From Patescibacteria group bacterium (GTDB lineage: Bacteria; Patescibacteriota; Patescibacteriia; XYB2-FULL-38-15): 64,000 nt of DNA. Made by a program: the position numbers and the translations under genes. The notes below the pieces were generated by a model that saw only the letters and a program-made list of their open reading frames with translations, was not told the origin of the DNA and searched no databases. Positions 9,809 to 19,129 of this stretch are shown one piece after another; positions within the stretch are counted from its first letter, which is position 1; every line of letters starts with the position of its first letter. The stretch covers positions 91,700 to 155,699 of the forward strand of contig JBGSRW010000008.1 in NCBI GenBank assembly GCA_041737355.1, written 5' to 3'.

Positions 9809-11752
9809 ATGTTCGCCGAAGTTATACCGCTGGTCCGGTTGCCAAAAAAATTATCTTTTTTTGATTATGAAGTTCCTCAAGAGATTGAGGGACAAATTAA
9901 AATAGGACAAATTGTTGTTATTCCTTTCCGCGGAAAAAAAATAAAAGGAGTGGTGGGAAATATAAAAAAAGAAGCTCAGAAAGTTAACGCGCCGATAAAA
10001 AAAATATTAAAAATTCTTTCGGATGAGCCTATAATCGACGAAAAAGGCCTGGACCTTCTTTCATGGATAGCCGACTATTACGTCTCTTCCTTACCTTTGG
10101 TCGCAAAAACATTTCTTCCGGAGCCGCCTCTCGTGAAAAGATCGAGGACTTTTCCTGAAAATTATCTCTCAAAACAACTAACCGTCTCAAAATCAGATGC
10201 AGAGGAAATAAAAAAGCTTTTAGCTCTCCTTTCAGATGATAAAAAAATTTCTCTCTTGCATTTTGATAATTTTAAAAACAAAACAGTCATTCTCTTGAAA
10301 TGTGCGGAAAAAGCTATCGCCGAAGGAAGGGGTGTTCTGATTCTTGAACCCCAGGTTCCCGACGTTCTTGGTATACTTCCCTACTTTGTAAATTTGTTTC
10401 CCGATAAAACGGCCGTATTGCACGGCGAGATGTCAAAAACAGAATATTGGCAACAGTGGCAAAAAATCAAAAGCGGCAAGGCGGGAATTGTCATAGGAAC
10501 CCGTTCGGCGCTTTGCGCTCCTCTCGCCAAAATAGGTCTGGTAATTGTCGACAACGAGGAGTCGTCGGACTTTAAACAATCGGATCAGAATCCCCGTTAT
10601 GACACCAGAGAAACTTCCTTGAAAAGAGCGGAAATAACCGGAGCTAAAATAATTTTTACAAGCCAAGCTCCGCGTCCCGAAACTTATTTTTTATCAAAAA
10701 ATCGTCCCGACGCGCAATACTTGGCTTCAACGATGACCCCGCGGTTTCCCACGGTTCTCGTAGACATGAATGGCGAAATAAAAAATAAAAATTTTTCTCC
10801 TCTCAGTGAAAAAATAAAAGAAGAAATAAGCAGCGTTCTTACCAAAAAACAAAAAATTGTGCTTCTTCTGAACCGGCGCGGGGGCTCCACTCTTATTCTC
10901 TGCCGCGATTGTGATTACGTTTTTCGCTGCAAAAGATGCGATAATCCCCTGACCTGCCACGAAAACGAATGTAATTTACCCAATAAATTAATCTGTCATA
11001 ATTGCGGATCAGAGGAACCCATAAGTCTTAAATGCCCTAACTGCCAAGGGTCATCGATAAAATACGCGGGAATGGGAACTCAAGCGCTGGAGAGAGAAAT
11101 AAAAAAAATATTTCCCGAAAAAAAAATCTTAAGAATAGATAGTGATTCCGAAACTGCCAATATTGGAAAAAAAATAGCCGAAGCCGATATTCTCATTGGC
11201 ACCCAATTCTTTATAAGAAATTATCTGATCCAAACCCAAGATGTCGGGCTCGTCGGAATTTTTTCGGCCGACACCCTACTCTACCGTCCCGATTTTAGAT
11301 CCAGTGAAAAAACTTTCTCGTGGCTCAGGAGTATTATCAATTTCGCCCACAGTTTAAAAACTGTAATTATTATCCAGACTTTTTTCCCGAACAATTTTGT
11401 TATTCAGGGGGCGGCCGGGATTAAACCTGATGAATTTTACGGCGAAGAGCTTGACAACAGGTTAAACTTGAATTATCCCCCCTTTGGCTTTTTAGCCAAA
11501 TTGTCCTACGCCGATAAAAATGCGGAAACCTGCCTTAAGGAAGCTTCAAATCTTTACGAAAAAATAAAAAATGGACTGGCTCCATTGGCTGAAATATCGG
11601 TTGACGAGAAACCAAGGCTTCAAAAAAATAAATTTTTTTGTAAAATTATTCTTAAATTCAGCGAAAGAAATAGAAGAGCAGTTAAGGATTTTCTCGAAGA
11701 AAATATTCCCGACGAATGGACTATTGACATTGACCCCGAATCATTACTATAA
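9809..11752 (+). CDS. priA: Primosomal protein N' with degenerate helicase motifs
   Basis: 3'-DNA-binding N-terminus, VIGTRSAL, LLNRRG, four CxxC Zn knuckles, NYPPF. Confidence 0.9.
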   Translation: MFAEVIPLVRLPKKLSFFDYEVPQEIEGQIKIGQIVVIPFRGKKIKGVVGNIKKEAQKVNAPIKKILKILSDEPIIDEKGLDLLSWIADYYVSSLPLVAKTFLPEPPLVKRSRTFPENYLSKQLTVSKSDAEEIKKLLALLSDDKKISLLHFDNFKNKTVILLKCAEKAIAEGRGVLILEPQVPDVLGILPYFVNLFPDKTAVLHGEMSKTEYWQQWQKIKSGKAGIVIGTRSALCAPLAKIGLVIVDNEESSDFKQSDQNPRYDTRETSLKRAEITGAKIIFTSQAPRPETYFLSKNRPDAQYLASTMTPRFPTVLVDMNGEIKNKNFSPLSEKIKEEISSVLTKKQKIVLLLNRRGGSTLILCRDCDYVFRCKRCDNPLTCHENECNLPNKLICHNCGSEEPISLKCPNCQGSSIKYAGMGTQALEREIKKIFPEKKILRIDSDSETANIGKKIAEADILIGTQFFIRNYLIQTQDVGLVGIFSADTLLYRPDFRSSEKTFSWLRSIINFAHSLKTVIIIQTFFPNNFVIQGAAGIKPDEFYGEELDNRLNLNYPPFGFLAKLSYADKNAETCLKEASNLYEKIKNGLAPLAEISVDEKPRLQKNKFFCKIILKFSERNRRAVKDFLEENIPDEWTIDIDPESLL

Positions 11753-11761
11753 TAAATTATT

Positions 11762-12238
11762 ATGATTCTAAAAATAATTACCAATCCAAGCCCAATACTC
11801 CGTCAAAAGGCTGAAGAAATAAGAATCGAGGAAATAAGAAGCCCTGTACTTCAGAAGCTTATTTTTGATATAAAGGAAACGGTTATCCCTGCTGGCGGGA
11901 TCGGTCTCGCCGCTCCGCAAGTTGGCCTGTCCTTAAGACTGATTGTTATCGCTCTCGATGACAAATTAATGGCTTTTGTAAATCCTAAAATCACCAAATT
12001 TTCCTGGAGAAAAGAATTTGACGAGGAGGGGTGTTTGTCCGTTCCGGGAAAATTCGGACCGGTCAAGAGATCGAAAATTATAAAAGTTGAAGCGTTTGAT
12101 GAGCGCGGTAAATTACTTAAATTCAAGGCGAAGGATCTTTTTGCGAGGGTTATCCAACATGAGATAGACCATCTGGACGGAATTCTTTTTATTGATAAAG
12201 CCAAGAAAGTCGTAGTTGACAACGCGCCCCGCATTTAA
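11762..12238 (+). CDS. def: Peptide deformylase
   Basis: GIGLAAPQVG, EGCLS, QHEIDHLDG. Confidence 0.97.
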   Translation: MILKIITNPSPILRQKAEEIRIEEIRSPVLQKLIFDIKETVIPAGGIGLAAPQVGLSLRLIVIALDDKLMAFVNPKITKFSWRKEFDEEGCLSVPGKFGPVKRSKIIKVEAFDERGKLLKFKAKDLFARVIQHEIDHLDGILFIDKAKKVVVDNAPRI

Positions 12239-12259
12239 TCAGCAGTAAACCGTTAAATC

Positions 12260-13207
12260 ATGAGCAAAAAAATAATATTCATGGGCAGCGGCGATTTTGC
12301 CGCTATAATTTTGGAAAAACTTTCCTCCTCCCCGTTCAGGCCGACGGCAGTTTTTACTCAGCCGGACAAACCCGTCGGGCGGAAACAGGTTCTCTCCCCT
12401 TCCCCAGCTAAGAAAATCGCCGCAAGCCTCGGCTTGAATTTTTTTGAACCTAAAAGTTTAAAAAACGAAGAGGCTATAAGATTAATAAAATCCTTGACGC
12501 CGGACATAATTATTGTTGCCGATTACGGAAAAATTATCCCTAAAAATATTTTAGATATCCCGAAATACGGGGCTCTGAACATCCATCCATCCGTTCTGCC
12601 AAAATACAGGGGGGCCACGCCAATTCAGTACACGATTCTCTCCGGCGATCAAAAAACGGGAGTTTCCGTAATTTTAATGGATGAACTGGTTGACCACGGC
12701 CCAATTGTTGCGACCGCGGATTATGAACCGGAAATATATAAAATCGGCCGCGTGGAGCTGACGAAAAAAATGGCTGATTTAGGCGCGGAATTGTTGATAA
12801 AAATTTTACCACGGTGGTTTTCCGGAGAAATAAAACCTGTACCGCAAAACGAGTCCGCCGCTACATACACTAAAATTTTGTCCAAAGAAGACGGAAAAAT
12901 TAATTGGGAAAAATCCGTGAAAGAAATCGAAAGACAAGTAAGGGCTTTTGAGGATTGGCCTGGAACATGGACCGAGTGGCCGGAAGAAAATAAAAAGATA
13001 AAAATTTTTAGAGCAGAGATTGCGGATAACAGTACGGGCGGCGGGAAGCCTGGCAAAATTTTTATTGCCCGAAACGGCGAGATGGCAGTTGACTGCGGTA
13101 CCGGAAGCTTATTGATAAAAGAATTACAACTTGAAGGAAAAAATAAAATAACCGGCAAGGAATTCTTACGAGGTTACCCGGAAATTGTTGGCGCCTTTTT
13201 AATTTAA
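12260..13207 (+). CDS. fmt: Methionyl-tRNA formyltransferase
   Basis: IFMGS, TQPDKPVGR, NIHPSVLPKYRGATP; follows def. Confidence 0.96.
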   Translation: MSKKIIFMGSGDFAAIILEKLSSSPFRPTAVFTQPDKPVGRKQVLSPSPAKKIAASLGLNFFEPKSLKNEEAIRLIKSLTPDIIIVADYGKIIPKNILDIPKYGALNIHPSVLPKYRGATPIQYTILSGDQKTGVSVILMDELVDHGPIVATADYEPEIYKIGRVELTKKMADLGAELLIKILPRWFSGEIKPVPQNESAATYTKILSKEDGKINWEKSVKEIERQVRAFEDWPGTWTEWPEENKKIKIFRAEIADNSTGGGKPGKIFIARNGEMAVDCGTGSLLIKELQLEGKNKITGKEFLRGYPEIVGAFLI

Positions 13208-13223
13208 AAATCGTCCGTATAAC

Positions 13224-13255
13224 ACAAAACCAGCTGAATAAACAGCTGGTTTTGT
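13224..13255. terminator. Bidirectional terminator
   Basis: ACAAAACCAGCTG/CAGCTGGTTTTGT between convergent genes. Confidence 0.8.
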
Positions 13256-13265
13256 TATTTACCTC

Positions 13266-13478
13266 TTATCTTGCAAAATTAGCTCTACGCTTTTTGTTGC
13301 AGTCAAAGCAATAAACCGGTCGATCAGCGGCTGGCTTGAAAGGCAGCTCAGTGATCGCCACGCCACAATCCTGACATTTGAGGTTCATGTCGGAGACATT
13401 GAACATCTGGCGTTGTGGTCTGGGGCCGAAGCCACGGTCATCGTTATAGGCCATAAGTTTGGCTGAAGTATCGGTCAT
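13266..13478 (-). CDS. Small zinc-ribbon protein (CxxC-x17-CxxC-like)
   Basis: CQDC...LPFKP...RPVYCFDC; upstream TTGACA-16-TATAAT (13611-13584); start may be the second Met. Confidence 0.85.
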   Translation of the reverse strand: MTDTSAKLMAYNDDRGFGPRPQRQMFNVSDMNLKCQDCGVAITELPFKPAADRPVYCFDCNKKRRANFAR

Positions 13479-13628
13479 TTTAACTTACGACCTCTTTTGA
13501 TGCTATCTCTAGGATCTATCGTTAAAATTGTCCTACTCTTCGTTCGTCTCCGTCAAAACGGAGACTTATTGAATTATGTCTATATTATACACTATTCTCC
13601 GGATTTGTCAATCCTCGGCGTGAAAAGA

Positions 13629-13669
13629 TAAAAAACGGCGACAGTGAAATTCGCGTTTCAATATCGCCG
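13629..13669 (-). terminator. Intrinsic terminator of the cassette gene
   Basis: Minus strand CGGCGATATTGAAA...TTTCACTGTCGCCG followed by T6. Confidence 0.7.
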
Positions 13670-13697
13670 CAGATGGGAAGGGTTTCTGGTCTCGGCC

Positions 13698-14060
13698 CTA
13701 ACGCACGATCGAAAACTCGCTGAATCCCTGGCCACGGATGGTCACCTTGACGTTGCGTTGCTTGTAGCCGTTCTCGAAGTAGTAACCGCCCACACTCTCA
13801 GCCAAGAGCAACCCCAGTTTCGCGACATCCGCCGCCTCAATCTCGGAAGCGGTTGCCTCGTGGACAAAAATATCAATCTCTACCGGTCCATTCCTCGCGG
13901 GTTCCACCGCGGAATCCCGGGTAGTAAGGTCGATGTCTTCGTCGCTCTTAATGCCGAGCCAACCCATGTTCTTGAGGACCCCCTTGATCCTGCGAAGAAA
14001 GTAGGGATGAACCCGAGCGCGATCTCCTTCATTCCTGACCGCCAATTGCAATTTTCCCAT
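13698..14060 (-). CDS. Orphan hypothetical protein (120 aa), cassette-type
   Basis: GGAGG-ataaa-ATG at 14060; TTGACA(14136-14131)-16-TAAAAT; leader hairpin; GC-rich. Confidence 0.7.
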   Translation of the reverse strand: MGKLQLAVRNEGDRARVHPYFLRRIKGVLKNMGWLGIKSDEDIDLTTRDSAVEPARNGPVEIDIFVHEATASEIEAADVAKLGLLLAESVGGYYFENGYKQRNVKVTIRGQGFSEFSIVR

Positions 14061-14139
14061 TTTATCCTCCCTCTCTCGCCTCGCCACACCTTATGGCAAG
14101 CTTTGCTTATTTTAGATTAAATACGAAAAATGTCAAGAT

Positions 14140-14435
14140 AAAAAAAGAGCGGCAAAGACTTTCGTCAACGCCGCTCAATGAACAACCGCTCTGGACGTTT
14201 CCGTCCGTTGCGGATTGCTTTCCCGCCCCTTCTCCTTACGGAGTGTTTTCCTTGGCTGGAGAAAAACCGCCGTTGCCGGCCAGGGGCAAGCCGAGTTTGC
14301 TGGTTTTCTATTCGGCTCCGGACTCGGGGCAGAGCCTACAGGAGGTGTGGGCTTGGCGGCCGGAAGGGAAGAAGTGCGCCACCGCCGAACCCGGATGAGC
14401 CAGCTACATCCCCACGGAACAAAGGCGCACTCCTG
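14140..14435 (-). ncRNA. Putative structured non-coding RNA directly 3' of the pseudo-tRNA
   Basis: GC-rich. Minus-strand stems capped by GNRA loops: GCCG-GCAA-CGGC, CTCC-GTAA-GGAG, GGACG-GAAA-CGTCC, GAC-GAAA-GTC. Longer-range helices GAGTGCGCC/GGCGCACTT and TTGCCCCT/AGGGGCGG. Ends in a terminator. Confidence 0.6.
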
Positions 14436-14507
14436 CGTCCCCAACGGGATTTGAACCCGTGCTTCTGACAGCAACGACCAGAGTCCTGACCGCTAGACAA
14501 TGGGGAC
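14436..14507 (-). tRNA. tRNA-Glu-like pseudo-tRNA (nominal anticodon TTG, non-canonical loop)
   Basis: GTCCCCA TT GTCT AGCGGTCA GGAC T CTGGT CGTTGCT GTCAG AAGC ACGGG TTCAAAT CCCGT TGGGGAC G: intact cloverleaf but G33 and C37; no encoded CCA. Confidence 0.8.
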
Positions 14508-14531
14508 TTCGCGGCTATTTATTGCCGCGAT

Positions 14532-14795
14532 TTACGGGTTTCTTCCCTGCGGTTGTTGGCGACTGAAGATCCAGACGAAAAATTCCCGGATATTCCGCCA
14601 GAGGAAGACGAGAACCGAACGCACAATCCGCCAGGCCGTCCGCCAGAACCAGTGCCAGATGGCAGTGATTGCCTTCTTGGCCTGCTGACCCATCCAGCGA
14701 AACGCCCGGGCCTTGCCGGTCAGGATGATGCTCGCCCCTTCGAAAGCGATGAGAAAGAGAATAATTCCGCCGATCAGGCTGGACATTTTGTCCAT
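14532..14795 (-). CDS. Orphan small membrane protein (87 aa), Trp/Arg-rich amphipathic tail
   Basis: AAGGGAGGT SD; TTGACA(14859-14854)-17-TATATT with TG; one hydrophobic helix. Confidence 0.72.
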   Translation of the reverse strand: MDKMSSLIGGIILFLIAFEGASIILTGKARAFRWMGQQAKKAITAIWHWFWRTAWRIVRSVLVFLWRNIREFFVWIFSRQQPQGRNP

Positions 14796-14895
14796 TTCTA
14801 ACCTCCCTTACCCATTTTAGGGTACTATAAAATATATCAAAGATTTACGGTTTTGTCAATATCAAAACCGCTCTTTTTGGGGCGGCTTTGTTGAT

Positions 14896-16338
14896 TTACT
14901 CTTTTAATTTAGCAAAAAATGTACTGCACAAAATTACATACCCGATACCTAAAGGATGATTCAAGTATGGACTGAAAAAATTCGTTGCCAAGAGGGCGGC
15001 AATTCCGAGCATTAGGCCAAAAGGCATAAAGTCCCCTTCCCGGCCCAAAGACCAGCCAGAACGCCAAATTTTAACGATTAAAAGCATATAAACAACGAGT
15101 CCGGCCAAGCCAATTTTAAGCAGGATATCCAAATAGCCCCATTCAAAAGCATAGGTGGTAAATTGTCCGTCCGGGCTCAATTGTACGGCCCGCGGGTCGC
15201 TGCTTTTATAAGTGACGGTTGTCCCGAAACCTGAACCGACAATCGGATGTTTAATAATTGCTCTGCCGAGCGGCGGAAGAAGATCCCAGCGGCTCCGGAC
15301 AGCTGCTTCGCTTAAATCGGTCAGGCGGTCGGAGAACATTGAGGTCAGGGAGATTTTGCCGGGCGTAGGATAAGGAAATTTTACCGTGATAAAAATCGCA
15401 GCAGCCGAAATCACGAGTATTGCTAAGCCGCAAAGCCCTATTTTAAAAATTTTACCGAAAGAAAATTTTCTGATAATTAAAAATACTAAAAGAGTCAAAA
15501 GACCAAAAACCAGACCGAACCAGAAACTTCGGGAGAAGCTGACAAGGATTGATGCAAGGCATCCGGCAATGAGTAGCCAGTAGTTGGCAAGGAGCTTTCT
15601 GCTTTTATCTTTTTGCCAAATGAGCAACGCGGAAAAAATAAACAGGCCGATTAAAACATAAATCTGCGATTGAAAAAAGATCCGGTAAAAACCGCTGTCC
15701 ATTAAAGTGATCTCCCCTATCAAAAACTGCCGGAGCCAACGGTAAAGCGGATACATGGCGACTTCCAGGCCGTGGGAAAAAATATAAAGCAGGAAAAATG
15801 TTTTTAAAACAATAAGAGTAACTGAAGCCGTGAAAATCTGCATTACGTTTTCAATTTGCTCGCGCGACTTGATGGTATCGGCAAAAAGAAAAATCGCGCC
15901 GAAATACAGCCAGGCGTTAAAATCAAAAAAGACGTTTTGGAAGGAATTGCCGCGGATAATTCCCCAAACAAATCCCCAGACAATAAAGGCAAACAAAATC
16001 CACCACCATTTATTCAAGTTAAATTTAAAATCCCGTTTTTCAATTCTCCGGTACAGGCAAACCGCCATTACAACTAAAAATAAGGCAATGCGCAAAGAAA
16101 CGGAAACGCTACCGACATCAAAATAAAATAAATACCCCTTAGAGCCGATAAACAATTCCGCCAGCAAAATATAAAGCCCATAATCAAGTTTTTCTAAAGT
16201 TAAAACCAGGGTTAGGCCGAGAATAACAAAAAATGTCACCTTATTAAAAAACGGGAAAAAGTACGCGACAAACGACAATATTAGGGCAAAAGAAAAGAAA
16301 AGCAGTGAAGTTTTAAAATATTTTCCAAAGAGGTTCAT
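14896..16338 (-). CDS. O-antigen ligase / Wzy_C family membrane protein
   Basis: About 12 TM segments, SFSRSFWFG, R..W, HPIVGSGFG, GLAGL; next to glycosyltransferases; start moved to ATG 16338. Confidence 0.8.
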   Translation of the reverse strand: MNLFGKYFKTSLLFFSFALILSFVAYFFPFFNKVTFFVILGLTLVLTLEKLDYGLYILLAELFIGSKGYLFYFDVGSVSVSLRIALFLVVMAVCLYRRIEKRDFKFNLNKWWWILFAFIVWGFVWGIIRGNSFQNVFFDFNAWLYFGAIFLFADTIKSREQIENVMQIFTASVTLIVLKTFFLLYIFSHGLEVAMYPLYRWLRQFLIGEITLMDSGFYRIFFQSQIYVLIGLFIFSALLIWQKDKSRKLLANYWLLIAGCLASILVSFSRSFWFGLVFGLLTLLVFLIIRKFSFGKIFKIGLCGLAILVISAAAIFITVKFPYPTPGKISLTSMFSDRLTDLSEAAVRSRWDLLPPLGRAIIKHPIVGSGFGTTVTYKSSDPRAVQLSPDGQFTTYAFEWGYLDILLKIGLAGLVVYMLLIVKIWRSGWSLGREGDFMPFGLMLGIAALLATNFFSPYLNHPLGIGYVILCSTFFAKLKE

Positions 16339-16422
16339 AACTCTTGACAATTTACGATTTTATTGATAGATTATAGCGTAGCCTGGACAATCTCGTTTGG
16401 GCTAAAAAGGAGGGTGTAAGGG

Positions 16423-16890
16423 ATGAATTCCCGACTGGAGAGACTCAAGGTTACAATCGAGAAGTGCGAGAAGATCGAGGAGATCTTCACCCGGCAGCAC
16501 GTCCGCGGAACGGAGCCAAAACACTACGACGACGTGATCGCCGGTTTCGACGCTCCAGCGCGAAGCGGTTTTCTCTTGGGGTGGGATCTCGTGGTCAAGG
16601 GTTCGGCCGGCCACAGAGAAGACCTCCTGGGGCGAGAACCGACCTGCATCGAGATTTCTCTCTCCGGCGGGGAGCGGGGCGACCGGCTGATCATCATCTC
16701 CTACCTCCCAGAGACCCGCGGCTGGACGGTCGAAGGATCGACCGATATCGGTCTGGACGGGACTCCGGCCGTCCGAAATCTCGCTGCCGACTGCCGTCTT
16801 TCGGCCGGCGAGACGCGCCAAATCGGCGAGGACGAGGCGATGAAGATCATCGCCACTATCTGCGCTTTCTACAGGGCGCAGCCGGTCTAG
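16423..16890 (+). CDS. Orphan hypothetical protein (155 aa), cassette-type
   Basis: TTGACA(16344)-17-TAGATT, leader hairpin, AAGGAGG SD, strongly GC-rich, terminator at about 16924-16965. Confidence 0.72.
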   Translation: MNSRLERLKVTIEKCEKIEEIFTRQHVRGTEPKHYDDVIAGFDAPARSGFLLGWDLVVKGSAGHREDLLGREPTCIEISLSGGERGDRLIIISYLPETRGWTVEGSTDIGLDGTPAVRNLAADCRLSAGETRQIGEDEAMKIIATICAFYRAQPV

Positions 16891-16946
16891 CTAGACCGCG
16901 ACCGACGGAGGAACAAACTATCGCCGACTTTTGAAGCGCAAGCTGA

Positions 16947-17807
16947 TTAAGTCGGCTCTTTTTTTACAAAAATTTGCGCCAGCCAGGCAAGTAACAGACT
17001 AAATGGCCGGAGAATCTGAATAGCAAACCACTCCCCTTTTGTTCCGTGTTTCTTGAAATAATATGACAAGCTGCGATTAAAATCTTTTTGTTTTTTAAGA
17101 CCCATTGCCTGTTTGAAACTTTGGCCAAAGTGATGAATAATTTTCGCTTCCGGTGTGTAAAAAATTTTATAACCGGAAGATTTTGCCCGTTTGCAGAAAT
17201 CAACTTCCTCAAACCAAATCCAAAATTTTTCATCGAGCAATCCGATTTTATTTATCACCTCGCGCCGGATCATCAAAAAAGCGCCCATCACCTGGTCAAC
17301 TTCCTGAGTTTTTTCATAATCAAAATCCTGAACCAAATATTTATACATGGTTTTTGAGTGCGGAAATAAATGGTGGATTTTCAATAAAATAAAAAGCTGC
17401 GAAGCCAAATCGGGAAAAGCCCGGACCGACGGCTGGAGCGATAAATCGGGATTCAGTAGTTTACACCCGGCAATGCCATAATTTTGGTTGGCATCCATAA
17501 ACCGCACCATCTTTTCCAGCGCATTTTCCAAAATTTCCGTGTCAGGATTTAAAAGTAAAACATATCTGCCGCGGGCTTTTTTTATTGCCAAATTATTTCC
17601 TTTGGCAAAACCTAAATTTTCCGTGCTGGCCGTTAGATCAATCTGGGAAAATTTTCCCCGCACCATTTCCACACTGTCGTCGCCCGAGGCGTTATCCACG
17701 ACAAAAACTTCAAAAGAAATATTTTTTGTTTGTTCAAAAATAGCTTGGATACATTTCTCCAGCAAATCTTTTACTTTCCAGTTAACAATAATAATTGATA
17801 AGTCCAT
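16947..17807 (-). CDS. Glycosyltransferase family 2 (WbbL-like)
   Basis: SIIIVNW, VVDNAS, NLGFAKGNN, LLNPDT, EEVDFC. Confidence 0.92.
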   Translation of the reverse strand: MDLSIIIVNWKVKDLLEKCIQAIFEQTKNISFEVFVVDNASGDDSVEMVRGKFSQIDLTASTENLGFAKGNNLAIKKARGRYVLLLNPDTEILENALEKMVRFMDANQNYGIAGCKLLNPDLSLQPSVRAFPDLASQLFILLKIHHLFPHSKTMYKYLVQDFDYEKTQEVDQVMGAFLMIRREVINKIGLLDEKFWIWFEEVDFCKRAKSSGYKIFYTPEAKIIHHFGQSFKQAMGLKKQKDFNRSLSYYFKKHGTKGEWFAIQILRPFSLLLAWLAQIFVKKEPT

Positions 17808-17808
17808 A

Positions 17809-18507
17809 TTATAAACGGTGTTTTTCTTTAATGATCTTCAGCGCTTCTTGGTATTTTTTTACTTCCCCTGGCATCCAGCCGAGCCGTTTCCAAGGAATTT
17901 TATATACAAATGATGGCAGCCAGCGGGAAATACCGGTTTTCCGCGGTTTAACCGTAAAAAGAAATTCCGGAATCCAGACTCCGGCATGATTCTGCTCCAA
18001 CATCTGCAACCATAAATCCCAATCCTGAAATTTTTTCAATTTTTCATCCCAACCGGGAAAATGGGCGCGGCGAATGAGAGTGGTCGAGGTAATATAATTC
18101 ATTTTCCTAAGAGCCTTGGCGTCAAACTCGTGAAGACCAAATTTTTTTTTACCCCACATAAAAGACGAGTAGGCGTAAGAGACTTCGGGATTTTTTTTAA
18201 GCGCTTCAAACATTTTAGCTAGCATTTCCGGTTTTGCATCAACATCGGCATCGCAAAAAATTACAAACTCGCCAGTTGATTCCCCAAATCCCCTATTCCG
18301 GGCCGCCGGTGCGCCGAGATTTTCCTGGTTGATAATCTTTATCCGGTCTTTATATTTTTCCAAAACTTCGGCCGTGTTATCGGTTGAGCCATCGTTTACA
18401 ACAATAATCTCGAAGTCTTTAAATGTCTGACTAAACAACGATAAAAGACACGTTTCAATCGTGTCTCCGTGCTGGTAACTAGGTATAATTACGCTTATTT
18501 TAGCCAT
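17809..18507 (-). CDS. Glycosyltransferase family 2
   Basis: ISVIIP, VNDGSTD, ARNRG, FCDAD, QDWDLW. Confidence 0.92.
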   Translation of the reverse strand: MAKISVIIPSYQHGDTIETCLLSLFSQTFKDFEIIVVNDGSTDNTAEVLEKYKDRIKIINQENLGAPAARNRGFGESTGEFVIFCDADVDAKPEMLAKMFEALKKNPEVSYAYSSFMWGKKKFGLHEFDAKALRKMNYITSTTLIRRAHFPGWDEKLKKFQDWDLWLQMLEQNHAGVWIPEFLFTVKPRKTGISRWLPSFVYKIPWKRLGWMPGEVKKYQEALKIIKEKHRL

Positions 18508-18601
18508 ACTATTTTGTTTATTATAGCCGATTTCGCTCTTGAAAACAAGGTTTTGGCTGATGGCGGTTTAGTGCTATAATAAATCAGCGAGGAGGAAGCA
18601 A

Positions 18602-18802
18602 ATGCCAAAAATTGAGGAGGGTTGGCAAAACGGTTTTCCTATTCAGCGCGGTGATTACGATCATCCGCCCTGCGCTCTTGACGATAAAGGCCATTGCGGT
18701 AAGGAAATTCCGGGAGAAAACGACCCACTCTACGACGAACGGGATGGATTACCAAAATCGCGGAAACACGTAATGCACGACAAGGAAAAGGAGGAAGGGT
18801 GA
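18602..18802 (+). CDS. Orphan small protein (66 aa), cassette gene 1
   Basis: Extended -10 TGcTATAAT (18572-18580), GAGGAGG SD. Confidence 0.55.
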   Translation: MPKIEEGWQNGFPIQRGDYDHPPCALDDKGHCGKEIPGENDPLYDERDGLPKSRKHVMHDKEKEEG

Positions 18803-19017
18803 TCTACCGAGAACAAGTCAAAGTTGTCTTGCGCGCTACTGGCGGCTGCGGTTATCATGAAGAAACCGTAATCAGCTTTCGTGTTGAAGCCGCTAGTATC
18901 GAAGAGGCTAAACACAAAGTAGAAAAAGATTGGGCCGGAATGGCCGCAGCTTGGCACGAACAGGAGGGATGCAATTGTAGTGGCATCCTTGAAACCGTTT
19001 TCCGTTGGGACGAGTAG
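18799..19017 (+). CDS. Orphan small protein (72 aa), cassette gene 2
   Basis: AAGGAGG SD, GTGA start/stop overlap, terminator AGACCACAC/GTGTGGTCT plus T tract at 19016-19051. Confidence 0.6.
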   Translation: MIYREQVKVVLRATGGCGYHEETVISFRVEAASIEEAKHKVEKDWAGMAAAWHEQEGCNCSGILETVFRWDE

Positions 19018-19129
19018 ACCACACTGATGGCGTTAGGTGTGGTCTTTTTTTATTTTATAAAAAAGATCCACCAAGGCATGGACCAAAAGTGGATCAACGG
19101 AATAAGTATGCGGTTGTACCATTCGCGGT

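Noticed and set aside
14140-14435. Identification as tmRNA, RNase P, SRP or group I intron
   Set aside because: No 3' T-arm/CCA, no GAGGAAAGUCC and no SRP helix-8 motif. GCGGGAAAGCAATCCGC recalls group I P4, but P7 (GACU/AGUC) elements were not found. GGGGATGTAGCT recalls a tRNA-Ala 5' end but does not continue as a cloverleaf.
14093-14474. Four overlapping ORFs (79-101 aa) over the pseudo-tRNA/ncRNA
   Set aside because: No SD, Pro/Arg-rich composition typical of GC-rich non-coding DNA, and they overlap the cloverleaf or the structured tract
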